A stretch of DNA of 64,000 nt. Source: a virus. The stretch is from positions 12,828-76,827 of the IMG/VR virus record IMGVR_UViG_3300044701_002822. The stretch is one strand, 5' to 3'. Below the pieces are notes generated by a model that was not told the origin of the DNA, did not search any database, and saw only the letters and a list, made by a program, of their open reading frames with translations. This document shows positions 46,905-56,591 of the stretch, in pieces (within the stretch, counting starts at the first letter, position 1; every line of letters begins with the position of its first letter). The position numbers and the translations under genes are program-made.

Positions 46905-48123
46905 CTAGCATCTCTTTTAATTCTGGAAATACACTTACAAAACTTTCATTGCGGATTTCGTCTCGTCTCTTTACATGATGTTGAAAATCAGTTTTATATT
47001 CGTTCCACTGATCTTCTTCATTGGTAAAATTAATAGCATCATTTACATGTACTCCTTGATACCAATCATTAGTAATCATAAAATCGTAAACTTTTTTTAG
47101 TTTATCCGATCCTACTTTTTTAATCGACGACGGTAAAATTTTAGAACAGTAGTATGTAGGAGTTAATGCACGATAGATACTAATCATATCTTTTTGTCTT
47201 AACAAGCAGTTTTCAATCATGTAAAAAAGAAACTCGTCCATTGTAGCATAATTAAATGCACTCAAAACAGTATTAAACTGAAAGTCAATATAGTCAACAT
47301 CTCTGATACTTTTTAAGTTCTGTTCTACTACGCCCCAGTCAGTTCCGTGCCGCAAATACTCAGCACGTTCCCCGTAATGATCGAGACTTGCTGAGATTTC
47401 TACACGTTTAAACTTACTCCACATGTTCATTATGTCGTATTTTTTATATTTAAAATTACTCATGTTAGTGTTATAACGAAGTGTAATACGTTTGTTTGCA
47501 CCTGTGCGAATCATTTCTTCTAGAATAACATAATGCTCGTCTGTGATAAGAGGCTCACCGCCTGCAAAGTATGCAAGATCCATATGACACACTTGCGATT
47601 TAATTTCTTCTAATAAGGCACCTGTACTATCGGCATGTTGGATAATTCTATAATCAGGAGGCGTCCAATCGTGTTGCTTCATTTCTTGAGCCCACTGACT
47701 GCTGAATTCGCTACCGCATGTACGACACTTAAAGTTACAGATATTACTAAATCTCACATCAAAATATTTCATTTTGAATTCGGGTACAGTGCCATCCGAT
47801 TGTGTAGTTGTTACAACTTCGTCAAAGTCTTTACCAAAATGTTCAATGCTATATTTGCGAAAACTAAACGGCGATGTTTCTTCATGTTTATAACAGTAGT
47901 CGCATATGCTGCTTTTTTTACCTGCAAGCATGTCTAAACGGAGTTGACGTATCTTATCTCCATTGAATACTTCTTTTAGACTTTTTCCCTTGATGTTGTC
48001 AAACGGTGCAGTATAGTCTGAACTACAGCACGGATAAACATTACCCAACGGTGTAACATTCATATGTACCCAAGGAAACATACAAAATGTTTTACTTTCG
48101 TTTAATAACTTTTCTTTATCCAT
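46897..48123 (-). CDS. Radical SAM protein with N-terminal twitch domain, tandem paralog
   Basis: FCMFPW...PCC...CDYC, then RFSNICNFKCRTC; start set at the ATG at 48123 (MDKEKL). Confidence 0.93.
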   Translation of the reverse strand: MDKEKLLNESKTFCMFPWVHMNVTPLGNVYPCCSSDYTAPFDNIKGKSLKEVFNGDKIRQLRLDMLAGKKSSICDYCYKHEETSPFSFRKYSIEHFGKDFDEVVTTTQSDGTVPEFKMKYFDVRFSNICNFKCRTCGSEFSSQWAQEMKQHDWTPPDYRIIQHADSTGALLEEIKSQVCHMDLAYFAGGEPLITDEHYVILEEMIRTGANKRITLRYNTNMSNFKYKKYDIMNMWSKFKRVEISASLDHYGERAEYLRHGTDWGVVEQNLKSIRDVDYIDFQFNTVLSAFNYATMDEFLFYMIENCLLRQKDMISIYRALTPTYYCSKILPSSIKKVGSDKLKKVYDFMITNDWYQGVHVNDAINFTNEEDQWNEYKTDFQHHVKRRDEIRNESFVSVFPELKEMLDA

Positions 48124-49498
48124 TTGCTGCATCCTTACACAGTTGGAAGAAATCTGACATTTCTGGAAATGCAGATTCAAAATCTAGACTACGTCTACGA
48201 TCTTGCTCTTTAAAAAAGTTCCAAAAATCTTTACGTCCTTCGAGTATGCGTTGAGGAGTATACTCTGTGGTTTTCATATAGTCAACTACACGTCTAAACT
48301 TTTCATATTCCAAATTACTAAAATGATGCTTGCTACCTTCTTTTACATGATACTTGATAAAGTCCAAATGACTTTCCATATACGGCATGTAATTTTCCTT
48401 AGGAAGTATATTCATATCATATTGTAGAGGCTCTTTGAGATAAGGAGTATCAAAATGAATACGTTGCCAACGTCCGCTGTCAACATCATTATATTTGCTT
48501 CTCCATTCCAACATTTTTTCTAGCAAACTTTGAAATGTTGTAACACTGAACAAATTAAATGTAATCATAAATGTTACAGGTGCGGTAGTATTGAGCATGA
48601 AATAATCTAAATTACGTTCAAATACTTCAAGGTCAAGTCCATCACGAATATATTCAGCACGTGGTCCCCAGGTGTCAACACTGGTAAACAACTTAAACTG
48701 CTTGATTTTATTCTGTGTCAGCAAACTGTTTACACTGTCGGTAAACTTTTCAAGTTGCTTTTCTTTGCCGCCAAGGTTGCTGTTAACATTCAACTCAAGA
48801 TGCGGCTTTGGTTCTTTTTCTAGTTCTTCAAACAGTCGGTACGTGCTTTTTTGAATAGTAGGCTCGCCGCCTGTAATACGCAGGATGTTTAGTGTCTTGC
48901 TAACTTCCGGCCACCATTTCCACCAAGCACGTACATAAGGATTCGAATCTTCTTCGTAGATACGGAACCAGTCAATGTCATTGCGATGATTGCGAACATT
49001 GGTGTAAGGACCGTGTTGACGTATTTCGTTGTAGTAACGACTGCTAGCCTTGGGATGGCAATACCCGCAACGGAAATTACACTCGTTGCCAAATGAAATT
49101 TCAATGTACTCAGGATTTACGTTAAAGTCCCAGGGATTAAATTTTACTTCCTGCAAACGTTCTTCATTGTAGATACTGCCACTGCGAATGTGACGATCAC
49201 TGATGTAATCTTCACCCATGTTTTCAATATTCCAGCAGTACTGACAACCAACACACTGCTTGCCTTCTAACATCTCTTTGCGTTCTTGCTTTTTTTGTTT
49301 TGTGTTATGCAACGCACTAGGATTGGTTAGTAGCTCATCTACATCAATTTGATGCGGAGCAGGGTGATAACAACTGTGTGTTTCACCTGTTTGCAGATAG
49401 ATTGTTGTATGATACCATTTAGCAAAACAAAATGTTGGACTAAAATGACGTTTTGTAATACCGTTAATTGTTTTTAAACGATCTTCATTCAATGACAT
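48116..49498 (-). CDS. Radical SAM protein with variant N-terminal Fe-S domain
   Basis: FCFAKW...SCYHP...CVGCQYC, then ECNFRCGYC; TGGEP. Confidence 0.92.
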   Translation of the reverse strand: MSLNEDRLKTINGITKRHFSPTFCFAKWYHTTIYLQTGETHSCYHPAPHQIDVDELLTNPSALHNTKQKKQERKEMLEGKQCVGCQYCWNIENMGEDYISDRHIRSGSIYNEERLQEVKFNPWDFNVNPEYIEISFGNECNFRCGYCHPKASSRYYNEIRQHGPYTNVRNHRNDIDWFRIYEEDSNPYVRAWWKWWPEVSKTLNILRITGGEPTIQKSTYRLFEELEKEPKPHLELNVNSNLGGKEKQLEKFTDSVNSLLTQNKIKQFKLFTSVDTWGPRAEYIRDGLDLEVFERNLDYFMLNTTAPVTFMITFNLFSVTTFQSLLEKMLEWRSKYNDVDSGRWQRIHFDTPYLKEPLQYDMNILPKENYMPYMESHLDFIKYHVKEGSKHHFSNLEYEKFRRVVDYMKTTEYTPQRILEGRKDFWNFFKEQDRRRSLDFESAFPEMSDFFQLCKDAANG

Positions 49499-50427
49499 TA
49501 ATTTTCACGATCTATAAATTGTTGTTGTGCGGTTCTTGCAGGATTTTGATATACTGTTTTAAAAAAGAGGCTGCCGCCAGCATCCAAAGGCGTGATACCG
49601 ATTGGAAGATCTAGCTCTGCCTTTAACTTATCGCCGTAATCTTCGATTGCTTCTATCAAGTTTTCTTCGTTAACAGTAAGCTCTAGATTTTTCCACATGT
49701 TATTTAGATAATCGAAATCACGTACATTTACAAAGTCCCAATCAGTAAGCATTGTCATGTATAGACCTTGTCTAGCACCATAGATTGCCCACAGACCATT
49801 TTCTACATCTGCACCAACCATCAACCAAATGTAAAGTCTATGAAGATTTTTCCAATGATTTTTTTGGAATTCATTGATAGTTACTCGTAAACCGCGATCC
49901 AATGCCATTTTAACACCTTCTCTAAATCCAGCACGCCATGCCTGATGCGGTGTAGCGTTGTTGTAGATTTCACTATAACAACTGTTCATTTGAATGTATT
50001 CAATGTCCCAACAAAAGTCTACTTGTGCGTGTTGATTATTAGGATCTGCGTTTTCGTGTGTACGCATATTTAAAACATACTCTTTTGGCCAGCATTTTAG
50101 GCCGCCGTTTCCGTACATTAATCCATTAATTGTATTGCGGGCTGTCCAACTAATAACACACTTTTCTAGATCTTTGTTTTCATCGAAATCGAATTCTTTA
50201 GTAAGGAATTCTGCATTGACAATATTATCGCCATCAACTGTAATAAATCTGTCAGTTTCAGAAAGTCTAGCACAAGCCTTGTGTGCAGCATCACTGCCTT
50301 TGACACCATGTACACGTTTTGCCCATGGAATTTTTTTACACAAATTTGCGTAATTTTCTTCTGCGTTTGGTTCATCATAGCTTAGATAGATAATATCGTA
50401 ATCTAAAACTTTGAACTTGTTGCTCAT
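49498..50427 (-). CDS. GT-A-fold glycosyltransferase-like protein
   Basis: YDIIYLSYDEPNA...RVHGVKGSDAAH...TVDGD (DxD)...YGNGGLK...AWRAGFRE. Confidence 0.7.
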   Translation of the reverse strand: MSNKFKVLDYDIIYLSYDEPNAEENYANLCKKIPWAKRVHGVKGSDAAHKACARLSETDRFITVDGDNIVNAEFLTKEFDFDENKDLEKCVISWTARNTINGLMYGNGGLKCWPKEYVLNMRTHENADPNNQHAQVDFCWDIEYIQMNSCYSEIYNNATPHQAWRAGFREGVKMALDRGLRVTINEFQKNHWKNLHRLYIWLMVGADVENGLWAIYGARQGLYMTMLTDWDFVNVRDFDYLNNMWKNLELTVNEENLIEAIEDYGDKLKAELDLPIGITPLDAGGSLFFKTVYQNPARTAQQQFIDREN

Positions 50428-51011
50428 TTGGTTACCTCGTGTAGATAAGTTTCTAATCTCTTTGTAGTATATACACTTAATGCAGTTGGGTCAAGTTCTA
50501 TTTCGGATTCAAATTCAAATTCAACATAGTCGTTGACTAATAATTCAACAATACGCATAGTAAAAAATTTTTCCAACTGATGAGGATCATTATAACGGGT
50601 AATACTAAAAGTTAACGTTTTATCAAGATGAATTTTTTTTGTTTTAAAGTTTTCTTTAATTGCTTCATCTAAACAAAATTGCCATTTTTTTCCTTTTATG
50701 TTTTGTATTACAACCAAGTCTGATCTATCAACCTTGTTTCTGGTAATTTTATGTACATCGACGTTTACATTAAGATTAATTTTTTCATTGTTAAACATAT
50801 GTTTTAAAACATACGTTTTTTTAATTGTATCAAAGATTACTTGATAGTGCCAGAATTGTTCTTTTCCTGTAAGAATATTTTCAATTTCAAACAATTCAAC
50901 TTGAATAAAATTTCCAGGTTCGGTGTTTGTATTCGAAACACTTATTAAATTTCCATTATCATCAAAGTAAACATACTTTTGTGTAGGAATTTTTACAATA
51001 ATATCATTCAT
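50424..51011 (-). CDS. Hypothetical protein
   Basis: 195-aa ORF translationally coupled on both sides. Confidence 0.8.
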   Translation of the reverse strand: MNDIIVKIPTQKYVYFDDNGNLISVSNTNTEPGNFIQVELFEIENILTGKEQFWHYQVIFDTIKKTYVLKHMFNNEKINLNVNVDVHKITRNKVDRSDLVVIQNIKGKKWQFCLDEAIKENFKTKKIHLDKTLTFSITRYNDPHQLEKFFTMRIVELLVNDYVEFEFESEIELDPTALSVYTTKRLETYLHEVTK

Positions 51012-51849
51012 AGTGTGTTTCCAAATAATTTTCGTAAATTGAAATTATTTCATCTGACATAAAATCTTTTTCTGTATAATGAAAAATTCCATTTTGTTTA
51101 TAGTTGCCAATTTTTAAATTTAATTGCTTATCTAAGTATACGCCGACTTTGTCTTGCCACCGCTCAGTAACATACAATTTCCAATCTTGGCATTTTACTT
51201 TCATATGAACGAAGTTAGGAAAGTCGGTTTTTGCAGTAACTTTGTCTTCAACGTCTAATATCTTTGTAACAATGGCTGCACTAACATCAACACTAGGCCA
51301 TTTTTGAAAATGTTTACCTCCTGCATACTGTCCATAAAACAATTCCCAATTGTTCATCACTAACTCTAGCCATTTATAAAATTCATGTGCAAATTCTGAT
51401 TTTTTAAAATAGTGAAATCCTGCATACAGATCAGGCAACTGATGATTTATAAATGCTTTACGATAATAAACGCTGGTTACCGGATTGCCTTTATAAGTTT
51501 TAACATTTGTGTTAAAAAAAACTTCTTTGGTTTGTAAAAAGTTCCACCAATTACCGATATCTTCTAAGACCAACATATCTGTATCTAGTACAATTGTTTC
51601 GTCAAATGGTGTAGCATGATAGATTTTCCATCTATTTTCTACTTTCCACTCACTGTCTTTGGCCTGATCATTCCATGGTATGTCGACTACATGATCAAAA
51701 ACACTAGCAGTTTTAGCGTCTAAAGTTGCATCAGTAATCAAACAAATCTTACTAGTAGGGTTAGTTGCACGAATACTTAAAGCACACAAGTATGCCTGTT
51801 TTACATAATCATCCTTACTGTTTTGAGCTAACATAGTAAAATTAGGCAT
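51004..51849 (-). CDS. GT-A glycosyltransferase (GT8/GT77-like)
   Basis: LALSI-type helix (LCALSIR), ICLITD, TPFDETIVLDTDML (DxD), FVHMK. Confidence 0.78.
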   Translation of the reverse strand: MPNFTMLAQNSKDDYVKQAYLCALSIRATNPTSKICLITDATLDAKTASVFDHVVDIPWNDQAKDSEWKVENRWKIYHATPFDETIVLDTDMLVLEDIGNWWNFLQTKEVFFNTNVKTYKGNPVTSVYYRKAFINHQLPDLYAGFHYFKKSEFAHEFYKWLELVMNNWELFYGQYAGGKHFQKWPSVDVSAAIVTKILDVEDKVTAKTDFPNFVHMKVKCQDWKLYVTERWQDKVGVYLDKQLNLKIGNYKQNGIFHYTEKDFMSDEIISIYENYLETHYE

Positions 51850-52675
51850 TGTCGATTTCCCTGTTTAGGCTAAATTTATTCATTATATGCACATTACTAT
51901 CAGCAATTCTTGCAGGAAAGTACTGTCCATTTTTATATTCAATTAAAAATTTAAATACAGTTTCGTCTAAGTCAAGAAGAACATCTCTATCTGTAGTATA
52001 ATACATAGTACCAGGAAGTGCAGAAACAAATGAACCTTTTTGATATCCATTCATAATATGTATAGCAATACTAAAGGCATGATCATTTCTAAAAGTTTCT
52101 GTATTTAAACTATACAAACTTCTGTAATGTGGCCAAGTGTTTTGTATGTGTTTTAGTAAATCAAAAAAGATTTTATTAGTTTCTGTTTTCCTAAAAAACA
52201 CAACAGTAGCCCAATAAAACTCAGGACCTGTTTCGCTTATATATTCAAATTCTGTTAAATCACGCCAGTTGCTTAATTCAAATGCCGACTTATAAAGTGC
52301 AAAGTCATTTTCTTGATTGAAACATTCTTTTAAAACAGAATTGGCTAATATAAAATCTGTGTCCATTAATAGTGTTTCGTCATATGGTGTTAAGTCATAT
52401 ACACTCGACCGACTGGTATTTTTAAATTCTAGATTTTTTCTAGAAAAGTTTCCATCATTGTATTTTTTGTAAGTATAACTTTTATCAGATGATATAGCAA
52501 TAACTTTATCAAACGTATGATTTGGAAACGTTTTGTCAAGATACTCGACATTATCAGTTATTAAACTAACAGGAATTTCTAAAAATTTAGATATTCTATT
52601 TGCACAAAAAACAGCCTGTTTGATATAATCTATTTCGGTATTGTTACGTGCAATTAATAACGCACCTTTACTCAT
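51842..52675 (-). CDS. GT-A glycosyltransferase (GT8/GT77-like), tandem paralog
   Basis: VSLITD, TPYDETLLMDTDF (DxD), RND.AF, VHIMNK. Confidence 0.78.
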   Translation of the reverse strand: MSKGALLIARNNTEIDYIKQAVFCANRISKFLEIPVSLITDNVEYLDKTFPNHTFDKVIAISSDKSYTYKKYNDGNFSRKNLEFKNTSRSSVYDLTPYDETLLMDTDFILANSVLKECFNQENDFALYKSAFELSNWRDLTEFEYISETGPEFYWATVVFFRKTETNKIFFDLLKHIQNTWPHYRSLYSLNTETFRNDHAFSIAIHIMNGYQKGSFVSALPGTMYYTTDRDVLLDLDETVFKFLIEYKNGQYFPARIADSNVHIMNKFSLNREIDNA

Positions 52676-53019
52676 AAATCTACAATACCTTTAACTGTTC
52701 TGTTTGTTTTTAATTTATTATATTCTGTATGATATTTGTTTGCAGCTTTCCAATACACACTAACCAATGCATCGGCAAATTTTTCTATATCTTCAATCAC
52801 AACAGGAATATCATTATCATCAACAAGAATAGTGCTTGTTTGATGCAAAGCAACTAGACTTTGACAAAAGCTGATTAAACTTGTAGTGACAGTGAAGGTA
52901 CCGCCGTTGTAGTAATGTATACTATCATTTTGAAACTGTTCTTTTAAAATACGCTTTTGATTATTAAGCGTAATCATATAATTGCTAAAGTCTAATGCTT
53001 TTTCTAGTCTCGAATCCAT
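52672..53019 (-). CDS. Hypothetical protein (possible tail-fibre assembly helper)
   Basis: 115 aa; AGGAG RBS; first gene after a sigma70 promoter; lies at the structural/enzyme junction. Confidence 0.75.
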   Translation of the reverse strand: MDSRLEKALDFSNYMITLNNQKRILKEQFQNDSIHYYNGGTFTVTTSLISFCQSLVALHQTSTILVDDNDIPVVIEDIEKFADALVSVYWKAANKYHTEYNKLKTNRTVKGIVDL

Positions 53020-53041
53020 TTCATACTCCTATCCTAATGAT

Positions 53042-53070
53042 AGTATATATGAATCAGCGACTTATGTCAA
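53042..53070 (-). promoter_or_regulatory. Sigma70-type promoter heading the 53019-to-41151 operon
   Basis: TTGACA (53070-53065)-N17-TATACT (53047-53042); AGGAG at 53030-53026. Confidence 0.82.
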
Positions 53071-53073
53071 CTG

Positions 53074-54108
53074 TTATACTGGGGGAGACACATAATCAGT
53101 TGTCAACACTGCCTGATTAGCACCAGTTGGTGCAGCAACGTCGACTGCGGTATATGTTATAGAATCAAATACAAAACTACTACTTGGTCGTGCAGGTTGT
53201 ACGCTACTATTTAAAATACCATTTACCTGTTCATCAATTGGATTGTCAACAAAGTGTGGTGGTAACCCGCCCGGAGTACCTACGTCTCCGTCATTGAATG
53301 TAATTCTAAATCTCAGCTGTGTAGTGCTAACACTTCTACCTTCAATAGTATAATCATTGTCTGCGTACACACCGCTACCGGTTTTAATAAACAACTGTTG
53401 ATATGTACTGGTTAAATCTTGTTCGCCTAACCCAGCACTAGTTCCGCTAGATGCTGTAACATTCCATTTGTTTAGTTTTACAGTTCCCATGGCACTTAGC
53501 AATGCAGCCCAGTCTGTGGTTTTAGAACCGCTTGCACCTGTTATAGAGGCAGCAAATCTTATTTCGCCTCCTGCATTAAAATAATTGCTTCTTTGAGCAA
53601 CACTAGCAAAAGTTATTGTTACAATATGGTACAGATTTTGAACTTGACCTGCACCGCCCCATGTGCCGCTAGTACCAGTGTCTCGTTGACTGGTTGTAGC
53701 TACTCCAGGCAACAGATTGCCGATTGGAAATCCTGTAACTTCAGGATTGAAGTTTGCAATATCTGTAGCAACTGCAACATAATCATTAACACCCATTTTA
53801 GTACCATCTGTTACGGCACTAAACACACCAGTACTTGTGTTATAAGAAAATGCAGTATCAGCACCAATGGAATAACCTGTTACAGGTACAGCAATAGTAG
53901 TGTTAATACTTCCAATTTGATGTACGTATGCTGCTTGTAAGTCTAAAAATAAGTTTCTCAGTTGACTAGCTGCAACTGTAGTTGTGGAACCGCCAGATAC
54001 AGAACTACTAATTAATGTAGAACCGTAAAGGGTTGATAACACAGAACTAACTGTTGTTCTGATGTTATTGTAATCACTGGCAAATATTGTTCCACCGGTA
54101 CTTACCAT
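53074..54108 (-). CDS. Putative virion structural protein
   Basis: Thr/Ser/Gly-rich; YFNAGGEIRF.AS.TG.SG.K...W...L.AMGTVK shared with 54163..55086; lies in the tail module. Confidence 0.72.
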   Translation of the reverse strand: MVSTGGTIFASDYNNIRTTVSSVLSTLYGSTLISSSVSGGSTTTVAASQLRNLFLDLQAAYVHQIGSINTTIAVPVTGYSIGADTAFSYNTSTGVFSAVTDGTKMGVNDYVAVATDIANFNPEVTGFPIGNLLPGVATTSQRDTGTSGTWGGAGQVQNLYHIVTITFASVAQRSNYFNAGGEIRFAASITGASGSKTTDWAALLSAMGTVKLNKWNVTASSGTSAGLGEQDLTSTYQQLFIKTGSGVYADNDYTIEGRSVSTTQLRFRITFNDGDVGTPGGLPPHFVDNPIDEQVNGILNSSVQPARPSSSFVFDSITYTAVDVAAPTGANQAVLTTDYVSPPV

Positions 54109-54137
54109 ATAAAAACTCCTAATTTTATATTTCTACT

Positions 54138-54166
54138 ATTATATGGTAAACCAAACATCATGTCAA
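54138..54166 (-). promoter_or_regulatory. Consensus sigma70 promoter
   Basis: TTGACA (54166-54161, overlapping the upstream TGA)-N17-TATAAT (54143-54138); AGGAG at 54120-54116. Confidence 0.82.
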
Positions 54167-55086
54167 GATAAATTTGTAGTTGTTTGATATACAGGCGAAG
54201 TAACAGAAACATATATTCCAGTAGGTCTTAATTGAGTGATAGTGCTTGTTAATGTGCCAGTCACAGGATCGTCAACAGGACTAAAACCGCCGCCACCGCT
54301 TCCAGTTGCACCATCATTGAATTCAACTGTAAACTCTACTACTCCTGCACTGACTTTTCTAGCATAAATTATAACATCATTTGCAGAATACACGCCGCTA
54401 CCTGACTTAATCCAAATAATTGCATCTGTATTGGTTAGTTCAAAATATCCGATTCCGTTTGGCGATGTTCCGCTGCCACCGGTTGTAGTGTTATACTTAA
54501 ACTTAACAGTTCCCATAGCAGTCAACATTCCAGTCCATTCAAGATATTTTGCTCCACTGCCGCCTGTTAAGCTAGCAGAAAATCTAACTTCTCCACCTGC
54601 GTTGAAAAAATATCTTGCCTGATTGTCGTCTGTGAATGTAACTCTAAATCTATGATAAACACTTTGAGGTTGTGAATTTCCGCCCCACGAAGTTGTTCTT
54701 TGATTGGTAAGCTTTGCTTCAACACTGGCTTGTGTTGCTTCAAAAATATCATTTTTATTATTGAAAATATAATTTGCAATTGTTTCATAAGCAACATATT
54801 GAGCATCTTGAATTCTTGCAGCATCGGTTGCTAATGGCAAAGTCGGAATATTTGTAACAGTTGGCAATCCTGGATCGTTTCCAGTCTGGTGAACATAGGC
54901 TTTTATTAAATCAGTTTTTATCTGATCCATGTGAGTTTTATTTACAGTATTTGTGTCGCTAACTTGGGTACTTGCCAACGGCACTTGACCATATCCAAAT
55001 TGCCCAGACCCTACTCCTAACACATTGCCAACTTTAGTTTGCATTGCATTATATCGAGCTGCGGATATTATTTCACCTACTGCCAT
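54163..55086 (-). CDS. Putative virion structural protein, paralog of 53074..54108
   Basis: FFNAGGEVRFSASLTGGSGAK...AMGTVKF; preceded by TATAAATA. Confidence 0.72.
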   Translation of the reverse strand: MAVGEIISAARYNAMQTKVGNVLGVGSGQFGYGQVPLASTQVSDTNTVNKTHMDQIKTDLIKAYVHQTGNDPGLPTVTNIPTLPLATDAARIQDAQYVAYETIANYIFNNKNDIFEATQASVEAKLTNQRTTSWGGNSQPQSVYHRFRVTFTDDNQARYFFNAGGEVRFSASLTGGSGAKYLEWTGMLTAMGTVKFKYNTTTGGSGTSPNGIGYFELTNTDAIIWIKSGSGVYSANDVIIYARKVSAGVVEFTVEFNDGATGSGGGGFSPVDDPVTGTLTSTITQLRPTGIYVSVTSPVYQTTTNLS

Positions 55087-55109
55087 AGTTTTCCCCTATA
55101 ATATGCTAA

Positions 55110-55117
55110 TATTTATA
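55110..55117 (-). promoter_or_regulatory. T4-like late promoter TATAAATA
   Basis: Exact TATAAATA overlapping the upstream stop, 23 nt before the ATG at 55086. Confidence 0.72.
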
Positions 55118-56567
55118 CTTTTAGCACACACTCAACTAATTTTTCATCGTCGCTGTCGTTTGATTCTAATGCAACGCCGACTAACGCACTTGTTGCTATT
55201 GTAGAACAAACTCCGTGTTCCCATGCATATATAGGTTGACCTTTTTTAACTGCACCTTTTACTCTAACAGGCACTCGACCTTTTAGTGCTATATACTGAC
55301 CTTCAGCTTCGCTATTCATCATAATTGCAGGATCAGTGCTAACTACGCCAATACAAAGTTTACTTGCATTTGCAGGTTCTACTTCGTGGTTAGGATGAGC
55401 ACAAACTGCAACTGCGGTGCCTGGTACTAATTCTTCTGCTGTTGTATATTTTTCTGCAAGGTCGGCATATCTAGCTTTAGTTGCAGTACCATTGAAAACG
55501 ACTGCTGTTAAATCTCCAACGCCGTCTCTGGCTGCAATAGTATTTTCTGTGCCTGCTGTTGCTGCTGTTCTATATGAACTTCCTACTTTAAGAGAATCTG
55601 CTTTTGTTGCTGTACCAGTAAATGTATTGCCGTAAACAGTATCCCAAGCTAGTCCCGGTCCTCCTAAATTAAAACTAGAATCCGAACCAGGTTTAATACC
55701 AGTATTATCAATTTGTGCAACAAGAGTGTTTAACGAGTCTCTGATTCTTACGAGATTTCTTAGCATTTTTATAACAGGTGTTACTGTATCAGTATCTATG
55801 TTTACTTGTAAATCTACGTCATCACCTAAGGTAGAACCATAATCATTAAACGCCACAGGAGTTGTTCGGTCTGCAAAATTAGTGTCTATGTTGTAACTGC
55901 TTGCATCTTGTCCGTTTAATTGTAATGCGTTAGATGCGGTACCATAAAAACGGTGATCACTACTAGTAATTCCGTTTGTACTCAATGTTGTGTTAACTAA
56001 AGTAGTTCCTTTTCTAATTCTGTCAAAACCTGGTATAGCACTTGCAGAAGCTATGGTAAACTCTGTTGCACTGATTATGAATATTACAGTATCTGATACG
56101 TATGCTGCAATAACAGGATTTGATGCTCCAGCAGTATCTTGAAGGGTTAAACTTCTCATTTGTGTAACACCTGAGCCAGCACCTTGTGGGCCTACTAGTA
56201 TAAAATCACCGTCAGCATTTTTGGCTTTTAATTGGTTAGTTGAACTATCCCACCAAAGGTCGCCCTCAGACAACGCTGTCGGAGCAACTGCACTTACTTC
56301 TGCACCTCCAACCCCTTTGAAGGTAGACCCGTCATAGACTTTAATTTTTTGTGTAGAAACATCAAACCAAAGCATTCCGCTAATAGGTTTAGTAGGAGCA
56401 GCGTTACTAGCAAAGTTTTCTAGTAAGAATAAAAAGTTTTCGTTTTGAGCTTCACCATAACCGGCAAAGTTTTTACCTACAAACTTTACTTCAGTGGTTG
56501 TATTAATTGTTCCATCTTCTACGTTGGTTAATACAGTTCCGTTGTATCTATTAATTATATAAGCCAT
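55113..56567 (-). CDS. Tail fibre/baseplate-associated protein with C-terminal autocleaving chaperone (peptidase G2-like) domain
   Basis: Shared fibre N-terminus (GYGE..NENF..LLENF...P..G.LW); C-terminal ARYADLAEKY...GVVSTDPA..MN...IALKGRVPVRV. Confidence 0.78.
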   Translation of the reverse strand: MAYIINRYNGTVLTNVEDGTINTTTEVKFVGKNFAGYGEAQNENFLFLLENFASNAAPTKPISGMLWFDVSTQKIKVYDGSTFKGVGGAEVSAVAPTALSEGDLWWDSSTNQLKAKNADGDFILVGPQGAGSGVTQMRSLTLQDTAGASNPVIAAYVSDTVIFIISATEFTIASASAIPGFDRIRKGTTLVNTTLSTNGITSSDHRFYGTASNALQLNGQDASSYNIDTNFADRTTPVAFNDYGSTLGDDVDLQVNIDTDTVTPVIKMLRNLVRIRDSLNTLVAQIDNTGIKPGSDSSFNLGGPGLAWDTVYGNTFTGTATKADSLKVGSSYRTAATAGTENTIAARDGVGDLTAVVFNGTATKARYADLAEKYTTAEELVPGTAVAVCAHPNHEVEPANASKLCIGVVSTDPAIMMNSEAEGQYIALKGRVPVRVKGAVKKGQPIYAWEHGVCSTIATSALVGVALESNDSDDEKLVECVLKV

Positions 56568-56591
56568 TTTTAGTTTACCCTTATTGCAATG

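Noticed and set aside
1-53019. Bacterial O-antigen/capsule locus or antibiotic biosynthetic cluster
   Set aside because: No flippase, polymerase, transporter, regulator or resistance gene; contiguous with phage tail genes and shares their late-promoter motif
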